Shown: positions 1-9,676, counted from the stretch's first letter. The stretch: 16,025 bases of DNA from Octopus sinensis (GCF_006345805.1 NW_021825303.1:1-16025); one strand, 5' to 3'. The notes: generated by a model not told the origin, from the sequence alone. Program-made: numbers and translations.

Positions 1-70
1 TCATATAATAGATAAATAATATTTATAATAGAATATATACATATATACATATGTATATATGTGTTTGTGT

Positions 71-115
<45 letters not shown>

Positions 116-706
116 TATGTGGGCACAGGACATCATGAAACATGTACAACAAAAATACGAAGTACAAGTACATGGAACATGAACAATTCTTTCGAACAAT
201 GAAAGACACAAATGGAAAACAAGACAAACAACACATAAACAAAATCGACCCTTCATCAGTTGTTGACTGCTTCTCTACTTTCGTATTTCGAGCATTTAAC
301 AACAAAATACGCTTTCGATAAAACAGTTGCTCCTGCTAAGCAAATTAAATAAAATTTGGGATTTTGTGGAGGGGCCAAATTGGTAATGCAAACAGGAAGG
401 GCTGCTAAGCCTAAAGGTTGTGGTGGTGAATGCTTAAATCATTTGGGTAATAACTTCATAATGTGCATTTCTAAATACATATGTAAATTTATTGAGTGAG
501 GCGATAAAATTTGTGTTCTTCTAAGTGAGATATTTAATTAATGAGAGTACATAATGAAGAGACAACTCATTGTAACTTTATATCCATGCGATTTATATAA
601 ACAGAAGAATGCAGTCCAAATATAACACACACACACATATATATATATGTGGTGTATATGTATATACACATACATAAATACACACACATATATACTAATA
701 TGTATA

Positions 707-1074
707 TCTCTCTATATATAAATGGCAGTTTGTCTGTGTGTGTTTCTGTGTGTCTGTTAGGTTGTACCCTCACCCTGACCACGGCTTTCAACCGATTCTG
801 ATGAAACTTGACACCACATAGCCCCATGTCATAATTCAAAACTAACGCAGCGAAAATTTGAAAAGTTCCCCCAGTTCTGAAAAAAATCGATAAGTTCGAC
901 ATGGGGTCGAGAATCAGAAAACACAAACACAGACTATCTAGGGGACGCAACTCGACCTTTTTAACTAAAAAAAATTTACCATAATTTTTTTTCCATTTTT
1001 TGGCTATAACTCTCTAAAAATGCTTTATAGTTATTTCCCTTACAAACCCGAGCAACGCCGGGCGATACTGCTAG
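707..1074 (+). mobile_element. Non-autonomous Helitron-type element (H1)
   Basis: 5' end A|TCTCTCTATATATAAA followed by a GTCT/GT-rich tract. 3' GC hairpin CCCG-A-GC-AAC-GC-CGGG (1047-1062), 8-nt spacer, then CTAG (1071-1074)|T. Inserted between A and T with no TSD. The 3' end is shared with the element at 5858-6234. Confidence 0.85.
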
Positions 1075-1299
1075 TGTTGTATATATTTGCATACATACAT
1101 ACACAACACACACACACACACACACATATATATAAACACACATATGCACACACATATATATGCAAACACATACACACACATATATACATACTAACACACA
1201 CACATATATACTATATATATTTATAATCTATACATATATATATATGCATTTATGTTATATATCCACATTAAAAAATATCTACAGTGCCCCCCCCCCCAA

Positions 1300-1344
<45 letters not shown>

Positions 1345-1369
1345 TATATATATATATATATATATATAT

Positions 1370-1690
1370 GAAAACTGCGCCGGTTACGACGACGAGGTCC
1401 CAGCTGATACGATCAACGGAACAGCTTGCTCGTGAAATTAACGTGCAAATGGCTGAGCATTCCACAGACACGTGTACCCTTAACGTAGTTCTCGGGATAA
1501 TCAGCGTGACCACAGAGAGTGACAAGGCTGACCCTTGAAATACAAGTACAACTCATTTTTGCCAGCTGAGTGGACTGAGCAACGTGAAATAAAGTGTCTT
1601 GCTCAAGGACACAACGCGTCGCCGGGAATCGAACTCACAACCTTACGATCATGAGCCGAATGCCCTAACCACTAAGCCACGCGCCCTCAC
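1370..1690 (-). mobile_element. tRNA-derived SINE (family D), apparently full length
   Basis: Minus strand reads GGCGCGTGGCTTAGTGGTTAGG (A box) ... GAGTTCGATTCCC (B box), then GTGTCCTTGAGCAAGACACTTT (typical SINE core-type segment) and about 220 nt of body. CpG-rich and flanked by (TA)n. Confidence 0.85.
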
Positions 1691-2681
1691 TACTATATAT
1701 ATATTACATATTTATATATATTATATAAATATATACATATGAGATATATGAGAATGAAGGAAGGAGACTGAGTAAGTCAGAAGCCATGAGAAAAGGGGAG
1801 AGAGAGAAGGGGGGGGATTAAAGCTATAAGTTGTCACAAACTCTTTTCGTTTCATTTCACTCTAAAATTATTAAAAAAAAAAAAAAAATAAAATAAATAA
1901 AAAATAAATATTTTCGTTATTTAAATCATGTTTAAAAATTCACCAGAGATATCAAAATATAATCCCAACTGACTGTTTAATTTTCTCTCCTACTTGTGAT
2001 ACATCAAGTGGTTTTAATTAAACCAAACTTGAGCAAGCTTTGGACTTATTACTCCCGAAATACTAAAGAAGTTGATATTTACACCAAGTGATGATTTTCG
2101 TATTAATTTTACACAACATTTAAAGTTTTCAATGACCTGCTGGTGTGATTAGAAACCAGATCCAGATATTTGAAGTTTAGTAGTTTAAGATGTGTGTATT
2201 TTGTTTTATTTTAAGATATGTGTATTGATTTTGTTTTTGTGATGGAGTTGGGGAAGAAAATGATACGGAGTCTATAAGTTCTGTGTGTTGTGGTGGTACT
2301 GTGTAATGTAGATGTTAATTAATTTGGAAGAAGAATAATGAGAATGTTTATGTATATGTGTGTGTGTGTCTGTATGTGTGTGTGTGTATGTATGTATGTA
2401 TGTATATATATGTGTGTGTGTGTGTGTATATATATACAGAGAAAGAAAAAGACATCAAATACACACACAGATTCTATACATATACACATACACACACACA
2501 TACATATGTATATATATCTGTGTGTGTGTGTGTATATATATCATATGTATACATACATATATATATATAATATACACACACACACATATATATAATGTAT
2601 ACACATGAATATATATATAGAGAGAGCATATATATTTTACATATATACACATATATACGTATGTATATATGTGCATATCTT

Positions 2682-2745
<64 letters not shown>

Positions 2746-2762
2746 AGTATCTGTCTATCTAT
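2682..2762. repeat. (CTAT)n microsatellite within a larger TA/CA/TG simple-repeat field (about 2350-2980)
   Basis: Directly visible tandem CTAT run. Confidence 0.95.
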
Positions 2763-2926
2763 ATATGCACACACACACACATACATATGATACATACACT
2801 AATGCAGAAAATCTGAAAACCCTTCCATTGCAAGTATATGTTTAAGTGCTTTTTTTTATATAAATTAATAATTTCTAATTTAAGTAAAATCTTTTGTCAA
2901 ATATACATACATACATACATTTGTGT

Positions 2927-2971
<45 letters not shown>

Positions 2972-3266
2972 GGCACACACACGTAGTCTACTTTTGAACT
3001 AACTGTTCAGTTAGAATCTCTGGAGAGAGAACATTACAGACACACATGACTAATAAGTGAAGTCTCAGAATTTCAAACCAGTTGGCTGTTCTTGTTTAAT
3101 TTGTGTGCAGTCAGTGTCATTAGATACATACCGTTAATTATCCAGCAGCGTAGGGTTAGCAATTATGTACAAGACAAATTAACTAACTCTGCACGGGATC
3201 ATACACACACACACACACATATATAGATATAGATAGATATATATGTACAGCTCACATCAGTGAAGG

Positions 3267-3299
<33 letters not shown>

Positions 3300-3611
3300 C
3301 GTACATACACATTTAGAATGTGAGAGGTACATATAGGCATATGTGTGTTTTTGTGCTTTGCCTTCCTCAATGATTAATTTTGTGGTTATTACCCCTAGGG
3401 AGAAGTCAGGGACTTGACAGCACAGGGGTCAAATATTTGAAGCAGATGGTTTTTGAATTGTGTCAAAAGATGGTTTGACTGTAACCTCTGAGTATGGGGG
3501 AAGTTGTGATCCTTTTGCTGCTACCTTCAAAGTTACGATACCATTGCCCTCCATCCTGTCATCATTGTCTTCTTTCCAGCTTCCACCATCCACTTTTATA
3601 TCATCCAGGGT

Positions 3612-3945
3612 CGCCATGTATTTCCTCTATATCAAGACACCCATATTTGTCCCTGTATCGCACTTTAGCCTCTCAACACCATGCATAAAGCCCACTTTCC
3701 TCTCTGTTACAATTTCCCTCAGTCGAGGTCGTGGGTCTTGTCTTGTAAGTTATCTGGTGACCTCACTGATGCTGGTGCCATAAAACCATAATACCCAGTA
3801 CACTACGGAAAATGACTGGCACAAGGAAGAGCATGGAAAAGATGTCAGAACAAACCTTGGAGTGCATTGCTCTCCTGTCCAGTTCATTGAATCCTACCAA
3901 ACTCTCCATCCTACTCCAACATGGAATATGGATGTGAAATGAAGA
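3612..3945 (+). mobile_element. Degenerate copy of interspersed repeat family C (SINE-like, RTE-type tail)
   Basis: GGGTCTTGTCTTGTAAGTTATCTGGTGACCTCACTGATGCTGGTGCCA...ACCCAGTACACT...AGGAAGAGCAT aligns by eye with 13241-13345 (GGGTCTTGCTCTGCAAGTTCCTCGGTGACTTCACTGCCACTGGTGCCG...ACCCAGTGCACT...AGGAAGGGCAT). It ends in CCAACATGGAATATGGATGTGAAATGA. Confidence 0.7.
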
Positions 3946-4117
3946 ACTGTACTGGTCATCAGAGTCTTCTTCTTCAGGCAGAAATCTTGTCAACTCAGCT
4001 GTGATGTTCATTCTTTTGTGATTGATCAAGAAAAGTACCTGTCAGGTATTGCGAAAGATTTATTTGAATGGCCTGCTAAACCTAAAATCGATGGCCATGG
4101 GCTAAAACCTGAAACTG

Positions 4118-4190
4118 TTATTATTATCATTATTATTGATTATTGTTGTTGTTGTTGTTGTTGTCGTCATTATTATTATTATTATTATTA

Positions 4191-4229
<39 letters not shown>

Positions 4230-4367
4230 CATCATTATTATTATTAATTTTAAGGCTGTGAACTGGCAGAATCGTTAAAAAAAGTAAAAGAAATCATTAT
4301 CATTGTTATTATTATTGATTATCATTTTTATTGTTATTATTATTGATTATTATTGTTGTTATTATTG

Positions 4368-4410
<43 letters not shown>
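4118..4410. repeat. (ATT)n/(GTT)n microsatellite array containing a 24-nt family-B SINE head stub (4254-4277)
   Basis: Tandem ATT/GTT. The stub GGCTGTGAACTGGCAGAATCGTTA matches the head of 4412-4630. Confidence 0.9.
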
Positions 4411-4411
<1 letters not shown>

Positions 4412-4630
4412 GGCAGTGAGCTGGCAGAATTGTTAGCACACTGAATGAAACGCTTAGTGGCATTTTGCCTGTCGCTACATTCTGAGGTCAAACTCCGCTG
4501 AGGTCGACTTTGCCCTTCAATCCTTTTGGCGTCGATAAATTAAGTACCAGTTGCATACTGGGGTCAATGTAATCGACTATCTCTCTCCTTCCAATTTCAG
4601 GCCCTGTACCTATAAATAAGGAAATAAATT
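4412..4630 (+). mobile_element. tRNA-headed SINE (family B)
   Basis: Head GGCAGTGAGCTGGCAGAATTGTTAG (A-box-like), GAGGTCAAACTCC (B-box-like), body CCTTTTGGCGTCGATAAATTAAGTACCAG, (ATT)n tail. A second homologous copy lies at 5002-5192. Confidence 0.8.
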
Positions 4631-4650
4631 ATTATTATTATGATTATTAT

Positions 4651-4970
4651 TCTATGTTTGACTTTTGCTTTATATTTGTACAAGTTGGCTCCAAGTCTCA
4701 CCCAGAGACCTCAAGAGACAACAGGTTGGAAGTTCGTGATGTTGTTATGCCTAGTGTGCCATATATTTGGTTTTGTGTTTAGTGTTGTACTTGTGAATGT
4801 CTAAAAAAAAAAAAGAAAAACGAAAATTATGTTTGTTTTAAAACTTGAGATTACATAGAAAGTATTTTGTGTAGGATATGAGCAGTTCCCATGAGCACTA
4901 TCTTTTGAATTTCTGTCATTTTGGGGTCTCCTGGTATCTGAGTTAGGTAGCGATCAGCCCCTTTTGCTAT
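4651..4970 (-). mobile_element. 5'-truncated R4/Dong-like non-LTR retrotransposon (ORF C-terminus + 3' UTR)
   Basis: Minus strand 4970-4851 translates IAKGADRYLTQIPGDPKMTEIQKIVLMGTAHILHKILSM*. This matches the QKxVLxGTAxILxKxL C-terminal motif that follows the restriction-like endonuclease of R4/Dong ORFs. About 200 nt of 3' UTR follows, and there is (TAA)n on both sides. Confidence 0.8.
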
Positions 4971-5001
4971 TATTATTATTATTATCATCATTTTTATATT
5001 A

Positions 5002-5192
5002 GCTCTCTGGGCAAAATGCTTAGCCATATTTCACCTGTCCTTACATTCGGAGTTCAAATTCTGCCAAGGTAAACTTTGCATTTCAGTCTTTCGGGGTTGA
5101 TGAAATAAATACCAGTTACACACCAGGGTTGATATGATCGACTATCCTCCTCCCCTAAAATTTCTGGCCTTGTGCCTATAGGAGAAAGGATT
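5002..5192 (+). mobile_element. Family B SINE, head-degenerate copy
   Basis: AAATGCTTAG...GAGTTCAAATTCTGCCAAGGTAAACTTTGC...TTTCGGGGTTGATGAAATAAATACCAGTT is colinear with 4448-4625. Confidence 0.8.
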
Positions 5193-5197
5193 ATCAT

Positions 5198-5250
5198 GAT
5201 ATCATTATTATTATTATTACTATTATTATTATTACTATTATTATTATTAC

Positions 5251-5305
<55 letters not shown>

Positions 5306-5385
5306 GTTATTATTATCATTATTATTATTATTACTATTATTATTATTATTATATTATTATATTATTACTATTATTATTATTATTA
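5198..5385. repeat. (ATT)n microsatellite
   Basis: About 190 nt of ATT with occasional ACT/ATC/GTT units; the source of the poly-Leu pseudo-ORF. Confidence 0.95.
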
Positions 5386-5445
5386 GTATGTCATACGGAA
5401 GACATTGTGAATGAGAGGTGTGAAGCTTTGCAGTTAATCTCCTTC

Positions 5446-5459
5446 GTTGTTATGGTAAC
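5446..5459. promoter_or_regulatory. RFX X-box-like motif with adjacent Forkhead-type sites
   Basis: GTTGTTATGGTAAC resembles the palindromic GTTGCCATGGCAAC X-box. RYAAAYA matches occur at 5465-5471, 5478-5484 (minus), 5491-5497 and 5502-5508. Motif match only. Confidence 0.35.
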
Positions 5460-5857
5460 ACAATGCAAACAAGGATTTATTTGTTGTTTTGTAAATATTT
5501 TGTAAATATTATGTCATAAAAATCTATCACCATTAAAAGACAAAGGAAGTCATTAGCTAAAGTTTTTTAATCTGGGTTTAATATCAGTTCCTGTTATTGT
5601 CAGACAGGAATAGATTACTTTTGTGATCTTTAGTTAAAAAGATTCTCTGATTCCGTGATCAAAAGAACAACTAGCTTATTCAGCTACTTATAATAATAGC
5701 AGCTGCATATGTTATACACACATATGTTATATATAGACATCTGTTGCATATACGCATTATATATGCATGTCATATACATACATGTGTATATCATTAAATG
5801 ATGTACACATGAAATGCATATGTTTGCATGCATAGAGATGTAATTTTTATAGATTCA

Positions 5858-6234
5858 CTAGCAGTATAGCCCGGCATTGCTCGGGCTTGTTTTCGACCCT
5901 TTAGAATTGGAAATTTTGCATTATGTAACCTGTCATTCTCATTAAGTGAACATTTTTCTGGTTGAAATACACCTTAAAATGGCGACACAGCAGTAAAACA
6001 ATCGTAAAAAATTGGGATTTTCATAGAAAAAAAAGCACCTTTTTGATGTAAATAATTTTTGGTGTTAAAATGGTCCGATTTGAATTTTTTCTTCTACAGA
6101 AAGGAAGAGCAAGCCTTCTTCTATCATACTCTCAATTTTGGTCAACTTGTGCTGCAGGGTCTCAGAGGAGATAGTGTTAGTTGAAGGCTACCAAACCTGC
6201 CATACACAGACAACTTCAGCTTTATATATATAGA
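5858..6234 (-). mobile_element. Non-autonomous Helitron-type element (H2)
   Basis: Minus strand: A|TCTATATATATAAAGCTGAAGTTGTCTGTG ... CCCGAGCAATGCCGGGCTATACTGCTAG|T. The 3' 28 nt differ from H1 at two positions. Confidence 0.85.
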
Positions 6235-6249
6235 TTTCTTTTGTTTTTC

Positions 6250-6390
6250 ATGTCAGTTTTTTCCATGCTAGCATGGGTTAGATGAATACATTGTCAAAGC
6301 ATTGTATTATCCTGACTGATGCTGACCAGTTGATAATCTTCTCGTTGCTAACCATTACCTGTTTCTCGAATAAGGGATATTTTAACTCGC
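6250..6390 (-). mobile_element. Degenerate family-C-type tail fragment
   Basis: TTTTCCATGCTAGCATGGGTTAGATG is the reverse complement of the family C tail (cf. 13417-13441). The right boundary is uncertain. Confidence 0.5.
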
Positions 6391-6487
6391 ACATCTTTGA
6401 AGGTGCAAAGCCTGCAGATGATTTCCTGACAGAGGCTCAGAGAATTTTAGAGAACACAAATGTAAACAAACAGAGATATGTGCATGT

Positions 6488-6913
6488 ACTCTTTCCTCTT
6501 TTACCCTTTTACTTGTTTCAGTCATTTGACTGTGGCCATGCTGGAGCACCGCTTTTGGTTGAGCAAATCGACCCCAGACTTATTCTTTGTAAAACTAGTA
6601 CTTATTCTCTCGGACTCTTTTGTCGAACCACTAAGATACGGGCACGTAAACACACCAGCATTGGTTGTCAAATGATATTGGGGGGACAAACACAGACACA
6701 CAAACACATACACACGTATACATAGATATATACATATACATATATGTATATACGTGTATATATACAGTTTCCGTCTACCAAATCCACTTACAAGGCTTTG
6801 GTCAGCCCGAGGCTATAGTAGAAGACACTTGCCTAAGGTGCCACACAGTGGGACTGAACCCGGTACCATGTGGTTGGTAAGCATGCTACTTACCATACAG
6901 CCACTCTTGCGCC
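6488..6913 (-). mobile_element. Family A tRNA-headed SINE, full length
   Basis: Minus strand: GGCGCAAGAGTGGCTGTATGGTAAG (A box), GGGTTCAGTCCC (B box), internal TA/TG microsatellite, right arm ending GACTGAAACAAGTAAAAG. Colinear with 7289-7692. Confidence 0.9.
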
Positions 6914-6946
<33 letters not shown>

Positions 6947-7033
6947 TATTAATATATATATATATATATATATTATAATTAATAGAGTACTGGGTGTTTG
7001 GGTGTGTTTCGATTTATTCACTAGAGGTTCTGC

Positions 7034-7093
7034 AAGACAGTACTCCAGCATGGCAGCAGCCTAATGACTGGTAGAAGTAAAAGATAAAAGATA
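7034..7093 (+). mobile_element. Family A 3'-end fragment
   Basis: CAGTACTCCAGCATGGCAGCAGCCTAATGACTGG...GTAAAAGATAAAAGA matches 7637-7692. Confidence 0.65.
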
Positions 7094-7111
7094 TTCTTGT
7101 ATGTATTAATA

Positions 7112-7255
7112 GGTGCAGGTGTGTTTGTTTGGTTAAGAAGTCTGCTTCCCATCCACATGGTCTCAGGTTCAGTCCCTCTGCAATGCTCCTTCAGCAAGTA
7201 TCTCCACTATAGCCCTTGGCCTGACCAAAGCCTTGTAGGGGACTCATTGACGCAA
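7112..7255 (+). mobile_element. Family A left arm, older diverged copy
   Basis: GGTGCAGGTGTG...CCACATGGTCTCAGGTTCAGTCCC...ACTATAGCC...GACCAAAGCCTTGT is colinear with 7289-7430. Confidence 0.75.
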
Positions 7256-7288
7256 GCATATACATAAGTATGTATGTATATGTATATA

Positions 7289-7451
7289 GGCGTAGAAATG
7301 GCTGTGTGGTAAGTAGTTTGCTTACCAACCACATGGTTCTGGGTTCAGTCCCACTATGTGGCACCTTGGGTAAGTGTCTTCTACTATAGCCTCGGGCCAA
7401 CCAACGCCTTGTGAGTGGATTTGGTAAATGGAAACTGAAAGAAGCCCATCG

Positions 7452-7484
<33 letters not shown>

Positions 7485-7692
7485 TTGTGTGTCTGTGTTT
7501 GTCCCCCACCATCGCTTGACAACCGATGCTGCTGTGTTTATGTCCCCATAACCTAGTGGTTCAGCAAAAGAGACCGATAGAATAAGTACTAGGCTTACAA
7601 AGAATAAGTTCTGGGGTTGATTTGCTTGACTAAAGGCAGTGCTCCAGTATGGCCACAGTTGAATGACTGAAACAAGTAAAAGAGTAAAAGAG
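7289..7692 (+). mobile_element. Family A tRNA-headed SINE, full length
   Basis: TGGCTGTGTGGTAAG (A box), GGGTTCAGTCCC (B box), CACCTTGGGTAAGTG core-like segment, (TA)n linker, right arm, (GTAAAAGA)2 tail. Confidence 0.9.
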
Positions 7693-7864
7693 TATAGTGT
7701 GTGTGTATGTGTGTGTGCGTGTGCCCATGTGTGTGCATTTGTTTATATCTATCTGAAAATTGCTTAGCAACAAGCAGTAACAGTGTTGTCATTTGCATTA
7801 TCCAATGGCTTTAAAACTTTGAATACACAAAAGATGATTCCTATTGAAAGAAAGAAGCAAAGTG

Positions 7865-7958
7865 TTAGAGACAGGAAGAGTATCCAGCTGCAAAACAGTT
7901 CTTCAATAGTAATATTCATCTAACTCATGCTGCCATTGAATATTGGATGTAATAGTGA
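7865..7958 (+). mobile_element. Degenerate family-C-type 3' fragment
   Basis: AGGAAGAGTATCCAGCTGCAAAAC...CATCTAACTCATGCTGCCATTGAA resembles AGGAAGGGCATCCAGCTATAGAAAC...CCAACCCATGCCAGCATGGAA. Confidence 0.5.

Positions 7959-7961
<3 letters not shown>

Positions 7962-8004
<43 letters not shown>
7962..8004. repeat. (CA)n microsatellite
   Basis: Perfect CA run. Confidence 0.95.
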
Positions 8005-8006
<2 letters not shown>

Positions 8007-8304
8007 ATCCAGTAACCCAGATACACTTTCAGCTTTTTACCAACCCATCTGGAGCTGGACTTGGGTTCTTGGGGGGGAGAATGCAAATCCTTAATTCTTA
8101 TGCTGCAAATGACCATGATATCTGGGACTATAAAAAGTCTGCAAGGCTTTCTTAAGATTCAAAGGATAATGGTTAAAACAAGATGCTTTCCTTCTCAACC
8201 TGGCTACCAAGTAGATGACCGGTCAAAATCTGTTTTGAATTAAAAAGAGGAAGAGAACATACATACATCATGGATAATGGAGGCATGCATACATGCATAT
8301 ATGC

Positions 8305-8852
8305 ATGGTGGCTGCCCCCTTGTTATCGAGTATGGCCATTGCACGAAACTTTATCAATGTTGTTATCGTGCAATGCTACTGCAAGAAGATTTTTTTAAAG
8401 TGCGGAAAGACTGTGCACTGAGTCAATCCCACTCACTAAGCAACAGCAGCCATAATCCGAAAAGAAGAACAAGTCAACATCATCGGTAACCACTGAGCTT
8501 CAGGTTTTATGTCAGAGTTATCCCAGTTACCTGAGTTACCTTCTCCTAGAAGGATACCCTAACAAAGGCTAGGAGTCCTTCACTCCCAATGGTTTAACCG
8601 CGCGATCGGGTATTCAGTTCGATTATTTCTATGTCTCCGCACATGATACAGCCTTAAGACATTTATTGGATGGCCGTTGACTCTCAAGAGTCCCTCCACC
8701 CTTTGACGGTTTTTCATCCTGCATGGTGACCAGTTAAGACCCTCCTCACCAAGCAAGCTTGGTGGGGTTGCCGGTTTAGTTGCCAACGACGCGACCATGC
8801 AACAGGTTGTACTGGGTTACATGTTACCAGTAGCACTCAAAAGTGACCTGAC
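8305..8852 (-). mobile_element. Probable non-autonomous RTE-related element (5' UTR-like segment joined to a short 3' end, no ORF)
   Basis: GC/CpG-richer island between simple repeats with no tRNA boxes. The minus strand has GGGTATCCTTCTAGGAGAAGGTAACTC, which I recall as resembling the CTAGGAGAAGGAAAACTC motif of RTE 5' UTRs and RTE-derived SINE bodies. It has strong hairpins near its 5' end. Single copy in this window. Confidence 0.45.
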
Positions 8853-8877
8853 ATAAATGTATGCATATATGCATACA

Positions 8878-8909
<32 letters not shown>

Positions 8910-9187
8910 CACATGCATATGTACATACATATACACACGCACACACAATTATTGATACTTGATGTTGTCTTTGCCTTCTCATTTTTATTCTTCATTTTTC
9001 CTTTGGTTTCCGGAATTCTCTTCATTCTTCTTCAGTTTTACAATTTCTGAAGATCTCTGTGTGAAACGAATGAGATGAACCGGCTGGTTGGTTAGAGTCT
9101 CTTTTACTTTGTAACAGAATACTTATATCCACACACACACACACACACATCCATACACACACACACTGTATATATGTATACATATAT

Positions 9188-9420
9188 CTCTTTTACTCTT
9201 TTACTTGTTTCAGCCATTTGAGTGCGGCCATGCTGGAGCACTGCCTTTAGTCAAGCAAATCGACCCTGGGACTTATTCTTTGTAAGCCTAGTACTTATTC
9301 TATCGGTCTCTTTTGCCAAACCACTAAGTTATGGGGATGTAAACACACCAGCATCGGTTGTCAAGCAATGCTAGGGGGTCAAACACAGACACACAAGCAT
9401 ACACACACACACACACACAT
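9188..9420 (-). mobile_element. Family A right arm only
   Basis: Reverse complement of about 7480-7692. It ends in the (CA)n linker and has no tRNA head. Confidence 0.85.
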
Positions 9421-9499
9421 ATATGGATCAAACTGCTTTGATCCATACATCTAAGTCCCAATAAATGTGTTGAGTGCCCTTCTTTCATTTGGCCACACA

Positions 9500-9533
<34 letters not shown>

Positions 9534-9629
9534 GTATATATATGTTGGTGTTGTGTGTGTGTGTGTGTGTGTGTTTGCATGACCATTTATAGATAGATAA
9601 TAGAGGCAGACTTACAGACAAACAGATTG

Positions 9630-9673
<44 letters not shown>

Positions 9674-9676
<3 letters not shown>

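Noticed and set aside
118-420. Possible hammerhead ribozyme or Penelope-type remnant (minus-strand CTGATGA at 253-259 with several CGAAA)
   Set aside because: I could not build helices I-III with an NUH site. It may still be an interspersed repeat, but nothing in the window supports that.
1615-1690. Genuine tRNA gene
   Set aside because: The acceptor and anticodon stems are imperfect and the sequence continues into a SINE body with no oligo-T terminator.
3429-4044. Protein-like minus-strand ORFs (62 aa and 88 aa) suggesting an exon
   Set aside because: They are in different frames separated by stops, and 3612-3945 is a degenerate copy of repeat family C on the opposite strand. No recognisable domain.
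6282-6725. 147-aa ORF
   Set aside because: It runs antisense through a family A SINE and a family C remnant; a chance open frame.
8005-8260. Minus-strand acceptor TTCTCTTCCTCTTTTTAATTCAAAACAG and possible exon
   Set aside because: All three frames stop within 20 codons and there is no good donor.
9029-9070. CTGAAGA...GAAAC hammerhead-like core
   Set aside because: No helix I or II. The CTGAAGA simply pairs with TCTTCAG upstream as a 7-bp hairpin.
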